Shown: one piece after another, positions 20,075 through 30,666 of the stretch
Position numbering within the stretch: the first letter of the stretch is position 1
Layout of the letters: every line of letters starts with the position of its first letter
DNA from: Bacteroidota bacterium
GTDB lineage: Bacteria; Bacteroidota; Bacteroidia; NS11-12g; UBA9320
Length of the DNA stretch: 64,000 nucleotides
Assembly (NCBI GenBank): GCA_016124755.1
Contig: WGNA01000004.1
Coordinates: 36,826-100,825 of the forward strand
Direction: 5' to 3'
Notes under the pieces: model-generated
Databases searched by the model: none
The model's input: the letters and a program-made list of their open reading frames with translations, nothing else
What the model was told of the DNA's origin: nothing
Position numbers and translations under genes: made by a program

Positions 20075-20896
20075 TTGCAAACCACAAAAGCTTTGAATCA
20101 CCGAAAATTAAAATCAACCGGAATCTGGAAAATGGCAATCCGCATATTCCTTCGTTTGCTTGGAATACGGGATTTTTTAATCTGTAATTTTTCGCTTTTA
20201 AAGCTAAATGCGGAACTTCAAATTAATAAATGGAAAGGCAAGAAGAACGACGTAGTTGTAATAATTTCCACTACAAAAACGTATGCGGTAAAAACAATTC
20301 CCGACTTGATAAAGGGACTTATACATTCGGGTGTTTCGGAAAATGATATCGTGGTTTTTGAGGGAGGATGGGATGTCGGGGAAAAGGTATATTCCGGTTC
20401 TGTTCCGGTCTATCATTGTAATCATAATTCATTTGATTATACCGCATTAATCGGGATATTGGAAATTCGTTCGAACCGAAAATTTTGTTTTCTTCTACAC
20501 GATACGAGTGAAATTTATTCGGATCGTTTTTCTGATGTCTTGTATTATTCTTCACTTAAGGATGATGAATGCCGGTCGCTGAAAGAGCATCCTTCGATGA
20601 ATATTGGTTTTTATCCAATACGTGAATTAGCCCAGCAAGCAACAACTTTAAAGGAATTAACAAACCGGGATTATTCGGAATCCGGCCTGCAGAAATTTAA
20701 AAAAACGGCTGTTGAAAAAGAAGATTCTATTTTTTTAGAAATCAGGAATAAGCCGTTGGTGAAAAAATTTAATCCGGTTGAATTGCTCGTTAATTACGGA
20801 GTTTCGGAAAGAATATGTGAAACCTATCCGTATGCAGGTTTAAAGAAGTTTAAAGCTAATAACAAAAGATCTGATTATTATGAAATAGGTGTGTAG
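20075..20896 (+). CDS. hypothetical protein, start uncertain
   Basis: Long ORF lying between two glycosyltransferase genes, with no motif I recognise. Confidence 0.4.
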   Translation: MQTTKALNHRKLKSTGIWKMAIRIFLRLLGIRDFLICNFSLLKLNAELQINKWKGKKNDVVVIISTTKTYAVKTIPDLIKGLIHSGVSENDIVVFEGGWDVGEKVYSGSVPVYHCNHNSFDYTALIGILEIRSNRKFCFLLHDTSEIYSDRFSDVLYYSSLKDDECRSLKEHPSMNIGFYPIRELAQQATTLKELTNRDYSESGLQKFKKTAVEKEDSIFLEIRNKPLVKKFNPVELLVNYGVSERICETYPYAGLKKFKANNKRSDYYEIGV

Positions 20897-21356
20897 AAAT
20901 ACCAAAAGCGATCGGGCTTTTAGCATCTTCTAAATCAATTGGCTGGGAGTACCTGACTATGATTTTTGATTACAGGTTGCAGGCGAGATATGCTTATAAA
21001 AAATCATGTTTCAAAAAAACGGTCTGCAATGGGTACAACGCGTTTAGTTACTTGTGATGATCCGGTGATCAATTCGATTTGCGGCTTCGTCAAAAAGTGT
21101 TTATCATGCGCGGGAATAAGGGCTTAAGCCCTTTTATGCCTTCAAGTTTTGCTTTATTCTTTTCCGGCATTTCCACCTTGCGAGAACATCAAAATCCCAT
21201 TTCCGGCACTCGATACACGCGCCGATCGGGTTTTTATAACAGTCTAATTCAAAAGTCTTGGAGTAACCACAGCTATTTTTTGTTTATATGTTGCTGGTGA
21301 GACATACTCATGAAAAATCATGTTGCCCAAAACTATCCGTGATAGGTGTAATTTCT

Positions 21357-22196
21357 TTAGTCTAAAAAAGGTGATTGTCGATACAAGTTTTTCCGGTTTT
21401 TAATAGACGAATAATTTTTAAAATAAAAGGTAATCAGATGTCGGAATCCGGTACCGGAAAGTTTCCCTGTTATTCGATCATAAATAATTCGCGTCAACCA
21501 CAAATTTTGGTCACTCAAAGGATTCAACAGATTTCTTTTTAAATAAGCTTCGTGTTTTGTTTTATTATTTCTAAGCGTTGATGGTGAGGATTTATGAATG
21601 ATGACGGGTTCGGTAACCACTTTCAATCCAAACCCTAGCAGCAACAGGCGATCGCAATAGTTGTGATCTTCTCCGTAATGGAAGAAGAACGGGTCAAAAC
21701 CACCGGTCTTTCGAATAATATCTGTCGGTAGAAACCAGGCGATGGCTGGAATAAAATTCAGGGATTTTGTTGAATCCGTAATTCCGGCTTTACTAAATTC
21801 TTCGTCGGTTTGATGATCATTATTCAAAACCATCGGACTTAAAACGCAATTCGGATTATTTATTCCCGCATTCACCAAATATTGAATGGCTTCTTTCTCT
21901 AAAACGGTGTCTTGATTTAATAAAAAAACGAAGTCGTAGTTCTCGTGAATCGATTTTATGAGACCTTTATTTGCCGCTCGTCCGAACCCCAGATTCCTTT
22001 CATTTAAAATGCATTCGACATTCATAAACTTGCGTGCAACCGAAACCGTGTTATCCTCAGATTGGTTATCGATAAGTAAAATTTGAATTTCAATACCGGA
22101 ACCGGTTTGAGATTCGAAGGATTTCAGGCAATCACCAATATCTCTTTCCCCGTTAAAAGAAACGATTACAACAAGTATCCGGGTTTTTCTCATCAA
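21357..22196 (-). CDS. family 2 glycosyltransferase
   Basis: Motifs ILVVIVSFNGERDIGDCLKS, DNQSED and NLGFGRAANKG, typical of rhamnosyltransferase-like GT2 enzymes. The start overlaps the stop of the upstream C25 peptidase gene. Confidence 0.8.
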   Translation of the reverse strand: MMRKTRILVVIVSFNGERDIGDCLKSFESQTGSGIEIQILLIDNQSEDNTVSVARKFMNVECILNERNLGFGRAANKGLIKSIHENYDFVFLLNQDTVLEKEAIQYLVNAGINNPNCVLSPMVLNNDHQTDEEFSKAGITDSTKSLNFIPAIAWFLPTDIIRKTGGFDPFFFHYGEDHNYCDRLLLLGFGLKVVTEPVIIHKSSPSTLRNNKTKHEAYLKRNLLNPLSDQNLWLTRIIYDRITGKLSGTGFRHLITFYFKNYSSIKNRKNLYRQSPFLD

Positions 22197-25100
22197 CGGC
22201 TGATGTACAACTTGCCATAACCATCCGTGAAATAGGTTGCAAGTCTGTCGTCTTGTGATTTGTCAACGTCTTTAATATCGAACCGATAGAGATATACTCC
22301 GTTCGCCAGTCTGTCGCCAAAGTCATCTGTTCCGTCAAATACAAACTGACTCAATTGCGGTCCGTAACTAAGTGCTCCGAATTCGTCCTGATCTATACTC
22401 CGAACCAGTTTTCCGGTGATCGTGTAAATATTTAACAGATATCGGGTTGGCAAAACTCTTCCGCTAAAATTATAGGCAAACCTACATTGGTTTACCATCG
22501 GATTGGGATACGGAAGTAATTCGGTTATTTCATTTTTATCGCTCACTTCAAAATCAATAGCGTATTTGGTTTTGAGGTTTTGATTGTCGGTTCCGGGCGA
22601 GTACAGAATAACCTGTATGGTATATTTTCCTGCACTTAAATTATTAAAACTAAATTGAAAGGTGGAAGGATCAGAGCCATTTTCCGCCACAAAATCAATG
22701 GCGGTATTCGTTGCAGAAATTGTATCGGTTTTCGAAGTGGATTTTTTAATCAGATATACGCTGTAATAATTTTCCTCATCAATTTTTAGATTCGGATGGT
22801 TCGACTTGCCAAGTATATTAATGCGGGCGTTCGGATTAATAATTTGTCCGTTAATGATTTGTTGATTGTCGAAATAGACTTCCAGTTGTGGTTTAAAATG
22901 ATTCGGAGCAACATAAATTTCGTTCAGCACGCCGTTGTTCGAAAGATCTTTTTCCGGTTGAATTCCACCGGGATTAAAAATCGTAATAATCTGATGATTT
23001 CCTTCGATTTCAACATTTGGGTACTGATGCTTAAAATGCACGGAATCACCGGCACTTATTTTACGGAGCGTATCCCGGCTGGTAACCGGCGCAGAACCGT
23101 AAAAAGTCTGAGAACGATCTACCACAACACTGTCAAGCGGAAGAGCGGATATGTTGTAGAATACAGAATTAACCGTGTAATTTCCACCGATGTCAAAGGT
23201 GTCATTCGCCGGTGTTTCAGAATATGCAAAACCATCGGGGAAGCCGGTAAACCGAACCGTCCATCTTTCTATCTCAATCGGAGTTCTTTTCCTTTCGTCG
23301 TAAACATTCACTACGAGATACACCTTTGGATATTTGGCGGCATCCACTTCAGAAAGATCCACAACACTTTCGTTAAAATCTCCGTAGGCAACCAGATTTT
23401 CAATTCCGGATGTGTCAATTCCGAAAACATTTAATTCAAATTCATCCGAACTGTTATCACTCATCCCATGGAATTCTGCCGAGCCCCAGGATTTTGCAGG
23501 TCCGAAAACACGACTCTTATATGTGCCGGAAGTTTCCAACGGATACACTGCGCTAGTATAGGTTATAATCTGACTTTCGGGAGGAGTGGATAAGTCGGTA
23601 AGGTCGGCAGTTACTTCAATTCCTTCACCTGGATTTAGAGATTGTTTGCCATGGAAGATGTAGGGATAATCTTCTTTAAGCGAACGGATTTTTGAAGCCC
23701 CGAGATTTTCAAAAGCAACAAACAAATCTTCGGACCAGTCAACGATTCCGGTTTTGCCTTCATTCATCACAAAAATTTCGAAATCACCCGGTATTCCATT
23801 TAAGAAATCTCTGAGTGAATCCCGGTCTGCAGCAATAGTTGTATTAAACCGGTACAAACAACTCAGACTGTCTTTGCCGAGATATCTGTCTGTATTAAAT
23901 GCGGGATCCCACGGAGCCGGACTCACCTGATTAAAGGTGTTTTTCTTTAAATAAAAACTACCGTCGTTCCGGTTTATGGCAAATACATTAAGCCCCGGCA
24001 TGGTTCCCCACACACCCATATAAAGAATACTGGTATACGTTGCTTGTGTGCTGAACCAATAGGAAAGATTGGTTCCGGAAGTATACAGCCAGATCGGTGG
24101 AGTAACCCTTCGAGTGAACTCCATCTTCCCAGATTTCGGGTTTAAATAAATACGGTCGTGAAGATTGTTGTTGAACTTTTCAAAGTAGCCCTGAGACAAT
24201 CCCGGCGTGGATCCAAATAAATACGCGAATGTTGTTACCGCAGTGTCGCCGGTTTGCGTGTTTACGATTGCAACATAAAAATCGGTTTTATTAAACGGTG
24301 GAATCTGAAGCTTATACGAATTCAAAACTTCAGAAGCATTAAATGTATATTCCGTCGGCACTCCGTTGAATGCGGAAGTAGTATCAATAATTAATTTATA
24401 TGGAATCGGATTTTCGGGTTTGTAATATTCGGTAAACCAGATTTTAACTTCTGAGGTCGAAACAATTTCATCTAATTCGGGAGCAATTATTTCTAATTTA
24501 TTTTTCCGGATAAAGATGTCTTTGAAAGTGATGTTGTTCTGTTCGCCGTCAATTCCGTATTCGGCAATGGTGTTGAACGGATCAATTAAAATCACAACGC
24601 GGTTTATTCCTCCGATTAATTTGTGCCGGTCTACAGATATAACTACATTGTCTTCGGTTGTAAAACCGGGAACAACCGATGTGTCGCGGCTTAATGTGTC
24701 GCTGCCGTTTAGCAAAAAAGTAATGGCCGTAAAAGAATCGTACGTAACCTTTCCCTGATTAAAAACCTTGTATTCGATATTGAATGAGTTCAGATCTCCG
24801 GTTGAAGTATTTATAGAAATGGTGGAGGCATCAGAATAAAAATCGGGTTTGTCCGGACTATAAAACCTCACTGCCGGATCTCCATGCAACAACATAACTC
24901 GCGAATGTGTAATGTTATAATCGTCGGAGAGATTCATATTATCAGCGATTGCATTTTGCATGATTTCACCGAGTGTTTTTCCGTAACTTTTGCGAAAGGC
25001 ATTGAGATGAAAATTCCGGCAAATGCTGTTCAGAGCGGCGGTATAACCATAATATGATCCTGCAATCCAGGCGATGGCTCCTCGATCAGGTGTAAAAAGA

Positions 25101-27160
25101 AATTCCTCGCAAAGTGTTGGATCCTGTGTAAAGGTATTTCCTAAAATACATCCGTTAAAAAAATAAACCGGATATCGGTTGAGGTTGTGATATTCTTCGG
25201 CTTTTCCCATATCAACCTCCGTAATGGTACTGGCACCATGACCAAAATAGTTTACCATATTAACCCCTTCATCAACGGTTGAGGTTATTTTTTCAATGAG
25301 ACTTTCATCAACGGTTAAAGCAGATTCTTTAGAAAATAAACGGGTGGTTCCGCCAAAAGAATCGGAGGCAATAATTTTTCCGTAATCACTAAGATAGCCG
25401 ACCATTTTTACGTTTTCAGCTTCGTCGATTCCTCCGGCAATCTGCATTATTCGCTTTGACGTTATCGGATATAAATCGTGTGCTTTAACCTTTGTGAGAT
25501 AATCGGTGATTTCCTGATTGGTGGTTGCGGGGACTCTACCGGTTGCCATAGACGGTCTTAAATCACTCTGGTCTAATGGAGAAGTGAAAAGATAATCGGA
25601 TGGAGGATATCCGAGAGTCGGTACCAAATCGGAATAAGTGCGAACCGTGTAATTGCTAACTACGTCAACATAGTTTCTCGCTTTACCCAATAAAAGCAGG
25701 AATTCGGGTTTGGTTGCTTGTCGGTCTGACATATAATGAATCCAGTTTCTCAATGCGAGTGGATGATGGATTCCGTAATAAAATTCATCGTACAGCTCAT
25801 CGGCATAAGCCAGTCCCACAACATAAGACCCGCCATCAGACGATTCCCGGTATTTACGATATTCCTGAGCTCCGCTGTCTAATGTAGAATTGCTGATCAT
25901 GAGATACGAAATATCTGTTGGCTCTGATGAATAATCGCGGAAAGTCACCGGTAGAACCGTAACAATCTGAATCGCATCTGCTGCATCCGCAATAAAAATC
26001 TGATCTCCGGGATTCGGGTTACATCGAAACCGGAGCGCCTTTACATTCTTAACTCCGGTTGAAGATTCACCGGTGGTGAGGTTATAAATTCTGGGAGCCG
26101 TTTTGGTAGTCGGGTAATTGGCGAATTCCACCATCGTATTGGAAGTCTGAGCAGTAAACCGGAAAGGGGTGCTGCTTCCCAGATCGAATTTTCTCGGATA
26201 ATCCATTTCAACCACCGAAACATAATGCCGGTCAATCGAGTTGGCCAGCGAGCGGAACCGGAAAGCGGTTGGAGACAAGACATACGTTTTGGGAATGGTG
26301 ATATCTCCGGATCGAACCACGTTGTATCCACGATGTCGTTTAGAATAAATAATATTTTCCTTTCCCTTCACCACAATGGCCATTTGAAATTCATGGTTGT
26401 TCCCGTCTGCTCCGTAATCCGTTGGATCATTAGTGCTGATGGCTTCTACCCGTACAACCGGTGCCGGCCCCGCACTGTCGTAATAAGGTGTTACCATGCT
26501 GTAATTTCTGGGGCTTGACACTACAGCTCCACTTACGAAACCTTCACCGCGGGTGTATTCGGCGTAACTCCCGAGTTCTGCATATCGAATTCCGTCGAAC
26601 CAACTTCCGCTCACCCACCAATACAAAGAAGAGGTGTACTGAAACCGGGCGTCCGGAGCTAAACCTGTGAAGTCGGTATTGGAGTTTTGCTGAAAACGTT
26701 TTCCGGGTGTGGAAGTGGTCCATGTAAGGAAATAAACGGTACTGTCCTGATAAAAACTGGTGTATGAATGAGCGCGTTCATCGAGATTTCTCCACAACGG
26801 AGCATCCAGTTCACCGTCGTTGTAATATCCGTAAAACTCAATAAAGTCGGTCGGGTCAAATGTTCCGTCAGATTCACCTTCAATGAGAATGAACTGTTCT
26901 TTTCCGTTGTGAAAGATCTGAATGTTTCTCGGATCAATAGACGCAAGCGGTACCCCGGCATCGGTAAGAGTGGAATAACTGAGACGGTAAAGTCCCTCCT
27001 TATTGGTTTTAAATTTAAAGTAAGTCTGATTGTAATTGATCCACTCGTTGCCGTATTGGGCATTTGCCAGTGAACAAATCAGAAATCCAAGTAGTAAAAA
27101 GGTACACCGTTTCATACCTCGAAATTGTATTTTAACTATCGAAAATACTAAAAGAAGCAT
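22193..27160 (-). CDS. very large secreted peptidase C25 (gingipain/PorU-like) family protein with T9SS C-terminal domain
   Basis: Signal peptide and the N-terminal QYGNEWINYNQTYFKF motif. Catalytic His and Cys blocks are NYFGHGAS and YFFNGCILGN. The C-terminus is a PYPNP...GVYLYRF CTD-like tail. Total length is 1655 aa. Confidence 0.7.
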   Translation of the reverse strand: MLLLVFSIVKIQFRGMKRCTFLLLGFLICSLANAQYGNEWINYNQTYFKFKTNKEGLYRLSYSTLTDAGVPLASIDPRNIQIFHNGKEQFILIEGESDGTFDPTDFIEFYGYYNDGELDAPLWRNLDERAHSYTSFYQDSTVYFLTWTTSTPGKRFQQNSNTDFTGLAPDARFQYTSSLYWWVSGSWFDGIRYAELGSYAEYTRGEGFVSGAVVSSPRNYSMVTPYYDSAGPAPVVRVEAISTNDPTDYGADGNNHEFQMAIVVKGKENIIYSKRHRGYNVVRSGDITIPKTYVLSPTAFRFRSLANSIDRHYVSVVEMDYPRKFDLGSSTPFRFTAQTSNTMVEFANYPTTKTAPRIYNLTTGESSTGVKNVKALRFRCNPNPGDQIFIADAADAIQIVTVLPVTFRDYSSEPTDISYLMISNSTLDSGAQEYRKYRESSDGGSYVVGLAYADELYDEFYYGIHHPLALRNWIHYMSDRQATKPEFLLLLGKARNYVDVVSNYTVRTYSDLVPTLGYPPSDYLFTSPLDQSDLRPSMATGRVPATTNQEITDYLTKVKAHDLYPITSKRIMQIAGGIDEAENVKMVGYLSDYGKIIASDSFGGTTRLFSKESALTVDESLIEKITSTVDEGVNMVNYFGHGASTITEVDMGKAEEYHNLNRYPVYFFNGCILGNTFTQDPTLCEEFLFTPDRGAIAWIAGSYYGYTAALNSICRNFHLNAFRKSYGKTLGEIMQNAIADNMNLSDDYNITHSRVMLLHGDPAVRFYSPDKPDFYSDASTISINTSTGDLNSFNIEYKVFNQGKVTYDSFTAITFLLNGSDTLSRDTSVVPGFTTEDNVVISVDRHKLIGGINRVVILIDPFNTIAEYGIDGEQNNITFKDIFIRKNKLEIIAPELDEIVSTSEVKIWFTEYYKPENPIPYKLIIDTTSAFNGVPTEYTFNASEVLNSYKLQIPPFNKTDFYVAIVNTQTGDTAVTTFAYLFGSTPGLSQGYFEKFNNNLHDRIYLNPKSGKMEFTRRVTPPIWLYTSGTNLSYWFSTQATYTSILYMGVWGTMPGLNVFAINRNDGSFYLKKNTFNQVSPAPWDPAFNTDRYLGKDSLSCLYRFNTTIAADRDSLRDFLNGIPGDFEIFVMNEGKTGIVDWSEDLFVAFENLGASKIRSLKEDYPYIFHGKQSLNPGEGIEVTADLTDLSTPPESQIITYTSAVYPLETSGTYKSRVFGPAKSWGSAEFHGMSDNSSDEFELNVFGIDTSGIENLVAYGDFNESVVDLSEVDAAKYPKVYLVVNVYDERKRTPIEIERWTVRFTGFPDGFAYSETPANDTFDIGGNYTVNSVFYNISALPLDSVVVDRSQTFYGSAPVTSRDTLRKISAGDSVHFKHQYPNVEIEGNHQIITIFNPGGIQPEKDLSNNGVLNEIYVAPNHFKPQLEVYFDNQQIINGQIINPNARINILGKSNHPNLKIDEENYYSVYLIKKSTSKTDTISATNTAIDFVAENGSDPSTFQFSFNNLSAGKYTIQVILYSPGTDNQNLKTKYAIDFEVSDKNEITELLPYPNPMVNQCRFAYNFSGRVLPTRYLLNIYTITGKLVRSIDQDEFGALSYGPQLSQFVFDGTDDFGDRLANGVYLYRFDIKDVDKSQDDRLATYFTDGYGKLYISR

Positions 27161-27268
27161 TGCTCAACTATTCTCAAATCGCGCGGGTTGTCTATTATTT
27201 CAGAAAGATGATGTCATTTTATTTACGGATGAAATCCTCCCGTTTTTAGAGAGCTATTAATTCTATTT

Positions 27269-27985
27269 TTGTCGGCAAATCACAGTGAGATGAATAAGGT
27301 AGTTGCCAATGCCGATGAGGCTGTTCGCGATATTAAAGACGGAATGACACTGATGTTGGGCGGTTTCGGTTTGTGCGGAATTCCCGAAAATAGCATTGCC
27401 GCATTAGTTCGTATGGGAGTGAAAAATCTTACGTGCATTTCGAACAATGCAGGAGTAGATGATTTCGGAATCGGACTGATGTTGAAAACACGTCAGGTGA
27501 AGAAAATGATCAGTTCGTATGTGGGAGAAAACGATGAATTCGAAAGACAACTACTAAGCGGAGAACTGGAAGTAGAACTCATTCCGCAAGGGACACTCGC
27601 AGAAAGATGCCGGGCAGCCGGAGCGGGAATACCGGCTTTTTTTACACCGGCAGGTTACGGAACCGAAGTCGCCGAAGGCAAGGAAGTTCGCGAATTCAAC
27701 GGAAAGATGTATTTGCTCGAACATGCTTTTGATTCAGACTTTGCGATCGTAAAAGCCTGGAAAGGTGACACCGATGGCAATCTTATATTTAAGGGAACAG
27801 CCCGAAACTTTAACCCGATGATGGCTATGGCAGGAAAGATTACCATCGCCGAAGTGGAAGAACTTCTGGAACCCGGAGAACTCGCTGCAAACGAAATTCA
27901 CGTTCCGGGGATTTTTGTCAACAAGATCTTTAAAGGTGTGAACTACGAAAAGCGAATTGAACAAAGAACCGTTCGTCAGAACTGA
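27269..27985 (+). CDS. scoA: 3-oxoacid CoA-transferase subunit A
   Basis: [10 protein letters not shown] signature of the family I CoA-transferase alpha subunit. Confidence 0.85.
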   Translation: MSANHSEMNKVVANADEAVRDIKDGMTLMLGGFGLCGIPENSIAALVRMGVKNLTCISNNAGVDDFGIGLMLKTRQVKKMISSYVGENDEFERQLLSGELEVELIPQGTLAERCRAAGAGIPAFFTPAGYGTEVAEGKEVREFNGKMYLLEHAFDSDFAIVKAWKGDTDGNLIFKGTARNFNPMMAMAGKITIAEVEELLEPGELAANEIHVPGIFVNKIFKGVNYEKRIEQRTVRQN

Positions 27986-28026
27986 TACTTTTAATTCTAA
28001 ATCACTAATTATTTAATCAAACCCGG

Positions 28027-28680
28027 ATGTTGGATAAAAACGGAATCGCAAAACGAATTGCCCGAGAACTCAAAGACGGATATTATGTAAACCTCGGAAT
28101 AGGTGTTCCCACACTGGTTGCTAATTATATTCCGGAAGGGATGCATGTAACACTTCAATCGGAAAACGGATTGCTCGGCATGGGACCTTTCCCAACCGAA
28201 GCGGAGGTAGATCCGGATCTCATTAATGCAGGAAAGCAAACGGTAACCACTTTACCCGGATCCTCATTTTTTGATTCGGCCACCAGTTTCGGAATGATCC
28301 GAAGTGGTCGGGTAGATCTTACGGTTTTGGGTGCAATGGAAATCAACGATCGCGGTGACATTGCCAACTGGAAAATTCCGGGTAAAATGGTGAAAGGAAT
28401 GGGAGGGGCAATGGATCTTGTTGCTTCTGCTAAAAACATTATTGTTGCCATGATGCACACCAATAAAGCCGGCGAATCCAAGTTGTTGACTGAATGCACC
28501 TTGCCCATCACCGGATTGGGTTGTGTTAAAAAAGTGGTAACTGATCTCTGTGTTATGGATATCACCGACCGGGGTTTTGAATTAAAAGAACTCGCTCCGG
28601 GTGTAACGGTGGAAATGGTGAAGAATGCTACGGCAGGTAGATTGGTAGTGGAAGGAGAAATTCCAACCATGGAGATTTAA
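28027..28680 (+). CDS. scoB: 3-oxoacid CoA-transferase subunit B
   Basis: SENG catalytic-glutamate motif (LQSENGLLGMGPFP). The gene sits 42 nt downstream of scoA. Confidence 0.85.
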   Translation: MLDKNGIAKRIARELKDGYYVNLGIGVPTLVANYIPEGMHVTLQSENGLLGMGPFPTEAEVDPDLINAGKQTVTTLPGSSFFDSATSFGMIRSGRVDLTVLGAMEINDRGDIANWKIPGKMVKGMGGAMDLVASAKNIIVAMMHTNKAGESKLLTECTLPITGLGCVKKVVTDLCVMDITDRGFELKELAPGVTVEMVKNATAGRLVVEGEIPTMEI

Positions 28681-29541
28681 TTAAAATATTTTTTGTAAAA
28701 TTCCCATTCGGCCATCCGCATAAACTTCCTTCCATTTGGAGGAATCATGGTTTGTATAAACAGATTTTATCGCAGGCCAGTTTTCGTCCACATCATCAAG
28801 TGCCAGCCAACCATCTTGTTTCAGCAATTGGAGGCAATAACCCATTTCCTGATTCAGATAGGAAGCGTTGTGGTTTCCATCCAGAAGAATCAGGTCGAAC
28901 TGTTCCGGTATCATTCGGGCTAATGCAGCCAATTGGTGAGAAGGGGCAAATTCATTTTCAAAGTGAATCTCCGGATTGTAATCACCCGAATAATTGCGGC
29001 CGTCGTTGCTCAAAGATTTGTGAAGAGAATAACCGTGCAGCCACAAAACATTTTCATTTAGTTGGTAATGTTCCATTAAGTGTTGGGCTATTTTGTTTGG
29101 GCGTTCTACTCCTCGGTGTGGAATATCAGGATCGATGGTAACTACCTGAACATGTAATCCGTTTTTCTTTAAGCCATACACCAAAGAAGACAGTGAAATG
29201 CCGACGAAGTTTCCAACATGTAACAGTTTTACTTCCCTCTTTCCTTCTGAACCAAAGGAATCGACAAGTCTTAAAATATTCTGCTCCGGAATACTCCCCG
29301 TCCGAATCTGAGTTTCTGGAATTCCTTTTCCCATCAACCAATGTATGGCTTCTTCGTAAGAGTATTTTGAATCGTGATTCTGGTTTCGTGCCGATTCTTT
29401 CTCCCTTTCGAACTGATTTTTATCAACCAGAAGTGATTCTTCCAATCGCGATTGCATCAGCTTTGTGCGGCGCCGACTGTCGATAAACAACACCAGCCGG
29501 TGGGGAAGTAAAGATTTGATAAATCTCAGTATGGATCTCAT
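28681..29541 (-). CDS. class I SAM-dependent methyltransferase-like protein (O-methyltransferase family 3 / CmcI fold)
   Basis: LLHVGNFVGISL resembles the SAM-binding motif I and DLILLDGNHNASYL resembles the DxxxxDAxKxxY block. The call is tentative. Confidence 0.4.
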   Translation of the reverse strand: MRSILRFIKSLLPHRLVLFIDSRRRTKLMQSRLEESLLVDKNQFEREKESARNQNHDSKYSYEEAIHWLMGKGIPETQIRTGSIPEQNILRLVDSFGSEGKREVKLLHVGNFVGISLSSLVYGLKKNGLHVQVVTIDPDIPHRGVERPNKIAQHLMEHYQLNENVLWLHGYSLHKSLSNDGRNYSGDYNPEIHFENEFAPSHQLAALARMIPEQFDLILLDGNHNASYLNQEMGYCLQLLKQDGWLALDDVDENWPAIKSVYTNHDSSKWKEVYADGRMGILQKIF

Positions 29542-29565
29542 TGGTGATTATGGTGATATAGCCCT

Positions 29566-29573
29566 TAATTTTG
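29566..29573 (+). promoter_or_regulatory. candidate Bacteroidota-type -7 box (TAATTTTG) upstream of mdh, followed by perfect palindrome AGAGACTGTCTCT at 29584-29596
   Basis: This string matches TAnnTTTG at 60 nt upstream of the mdh ATG. No clear -33 TTTG is present. Confidence 0.3.
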
Positions 29574-29632
29574 CGGCCGAAAAGAGACTGTCTCTTTATT
29601 GACTGAATTCAAAACAACAACAATTATTTAAA

Positions 29633-30568
29633 ATGAAAGTAAGTGTTATCGGTGCCGGAAATGTGGGTGCCACCTGTGCTGAGTACATCGCCATGAGAAG
29701 CATCGCCAGCGAAGTAGTTTTACTCGACATCAAAGAAGGATTTGCGGAAGGCAAGGCCCTCGATATGATGCAGACCGCTACCCTCAATGGTTTCAACACG
29801 CGAATCACCGGAACAACCGGAGATTATACTAAAACAGCCGGAAGCAGTGTCGTAGTGATCACCAGCGGTATTCCGAGAAAACCGGGAATGACCCGCGAAG
29901 AACTTATCGGTATCAATGCCGGAATCGTAAAATCCGTTTCTGAAAACGTTCTCGAACATTCACCGGAAGCCATCATTGTAGTGGTGAGCAACCCGATGGA
30001 CACGATGACTTACCTCGCACTCAAAGCAACCGGACTCCCGAAAAACCGGGTGATCGGAATGGGCGGTATCCTCGACAGTTCACGTTTCAAATGCTATCTT
30101 TCAATGGCTCTCGATGCACCTGCAAATGATATTCAGGGAATGGTAATCGGCGGACACGGCGATACCACGATGATTCCTTTAACACGACTTGCCTCTTATC
30201 AGGGAACTCCCGTTTCTCAACATCTGAGTGCCGAAAACCTTCAGAAAGTTGCGGCCGATACTATGGTGGGCGGCGCAACGCTTACCGGACTTCTCGGTAC
30301 TTCTGCATGGTATGCTCCGGGAGCAGCCGTAGCGTCTTTAGTAGAAAGCCTCGTTTTCGATCAGAAGAGATTATTCCCTTGCAGTGTTTACCTCGAAGGT
30401 GAATACGGACAATCAGGTCTTTGTATGGGCGTACCGGTTATTCTCGGTAAAAACGGTTGGGAAAAAATCGTTGATGTTAATCTCAACGAAGACGAACAAG
30501 CCTTGTTCAACAAATCTGCCGATGCCGTTCGCAATATGAATGCGGTGATCGACAGCATGCCGGCATAA
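29633..30568 (+). CDS. mdh: malate dehydrogenase (LDH-like MDH)
   Basis: Rossmann motif VIGAGNVG and the substrate-specificity Arg in GIPRKPGMTR, which is R in MDH and Q in LDH. The catalytic block is IGGHGDTMIP. Confidence 0.9.
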   Translation: MKVSVIGAGNVGATCAEYIAMRSIASEVVLLDIKEGFAEGKALDMMQTATLNGFNTRITGTTGDYTKTAGSSVVVITSGIPRKPGMTREELIGINAGIVKSVSENVLEHSPEAIIVVVSNPMDTMTYLALKATGLPKNRVIGMGGILDSSRFKCYLSMALDAPANDIQGMVIGGHGDTTMIPLTRLASYQGTPVSQHLSAENLQKVAADTMVGGATLTGLLGTSAWYAPGAAVASLVESLVFDQKRLFPCSVYLEGEYGQSGLCMGVPVILGKNGWEKIVDVNLNEDEQALFNKSADAVRNMNAVIDSMPA

Positions 30569-30620
30569 AACACGACAGCTTCGACTGTCTGAATTGAAAA
30601 TCAGAAATCATAAATAAAGG

Positions 30621-30656
30621 AGGAACATCTGTATCAGGTGTTCCTCTTATTTTTTA
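30621..30656 (+). terminator. rho-independent terminator after mdh
   Basis: A 10-bp stem GGAACATCTG / CAGGTGTTCC with a 3-nt loop, followed by TCTTATTTTTT. Confidence 0.55.
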
Positions 30657-30666
30657 GAAATAAATT

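Noticed and set aside
22193-27160. Calling the 1655-aa protein the canonical PorU sortase
   Set aside because: It is much longer than known PorU proteins and is followed by a glycosyltransferase rather than porV. It is kept as a PorU-like C25 paralog.
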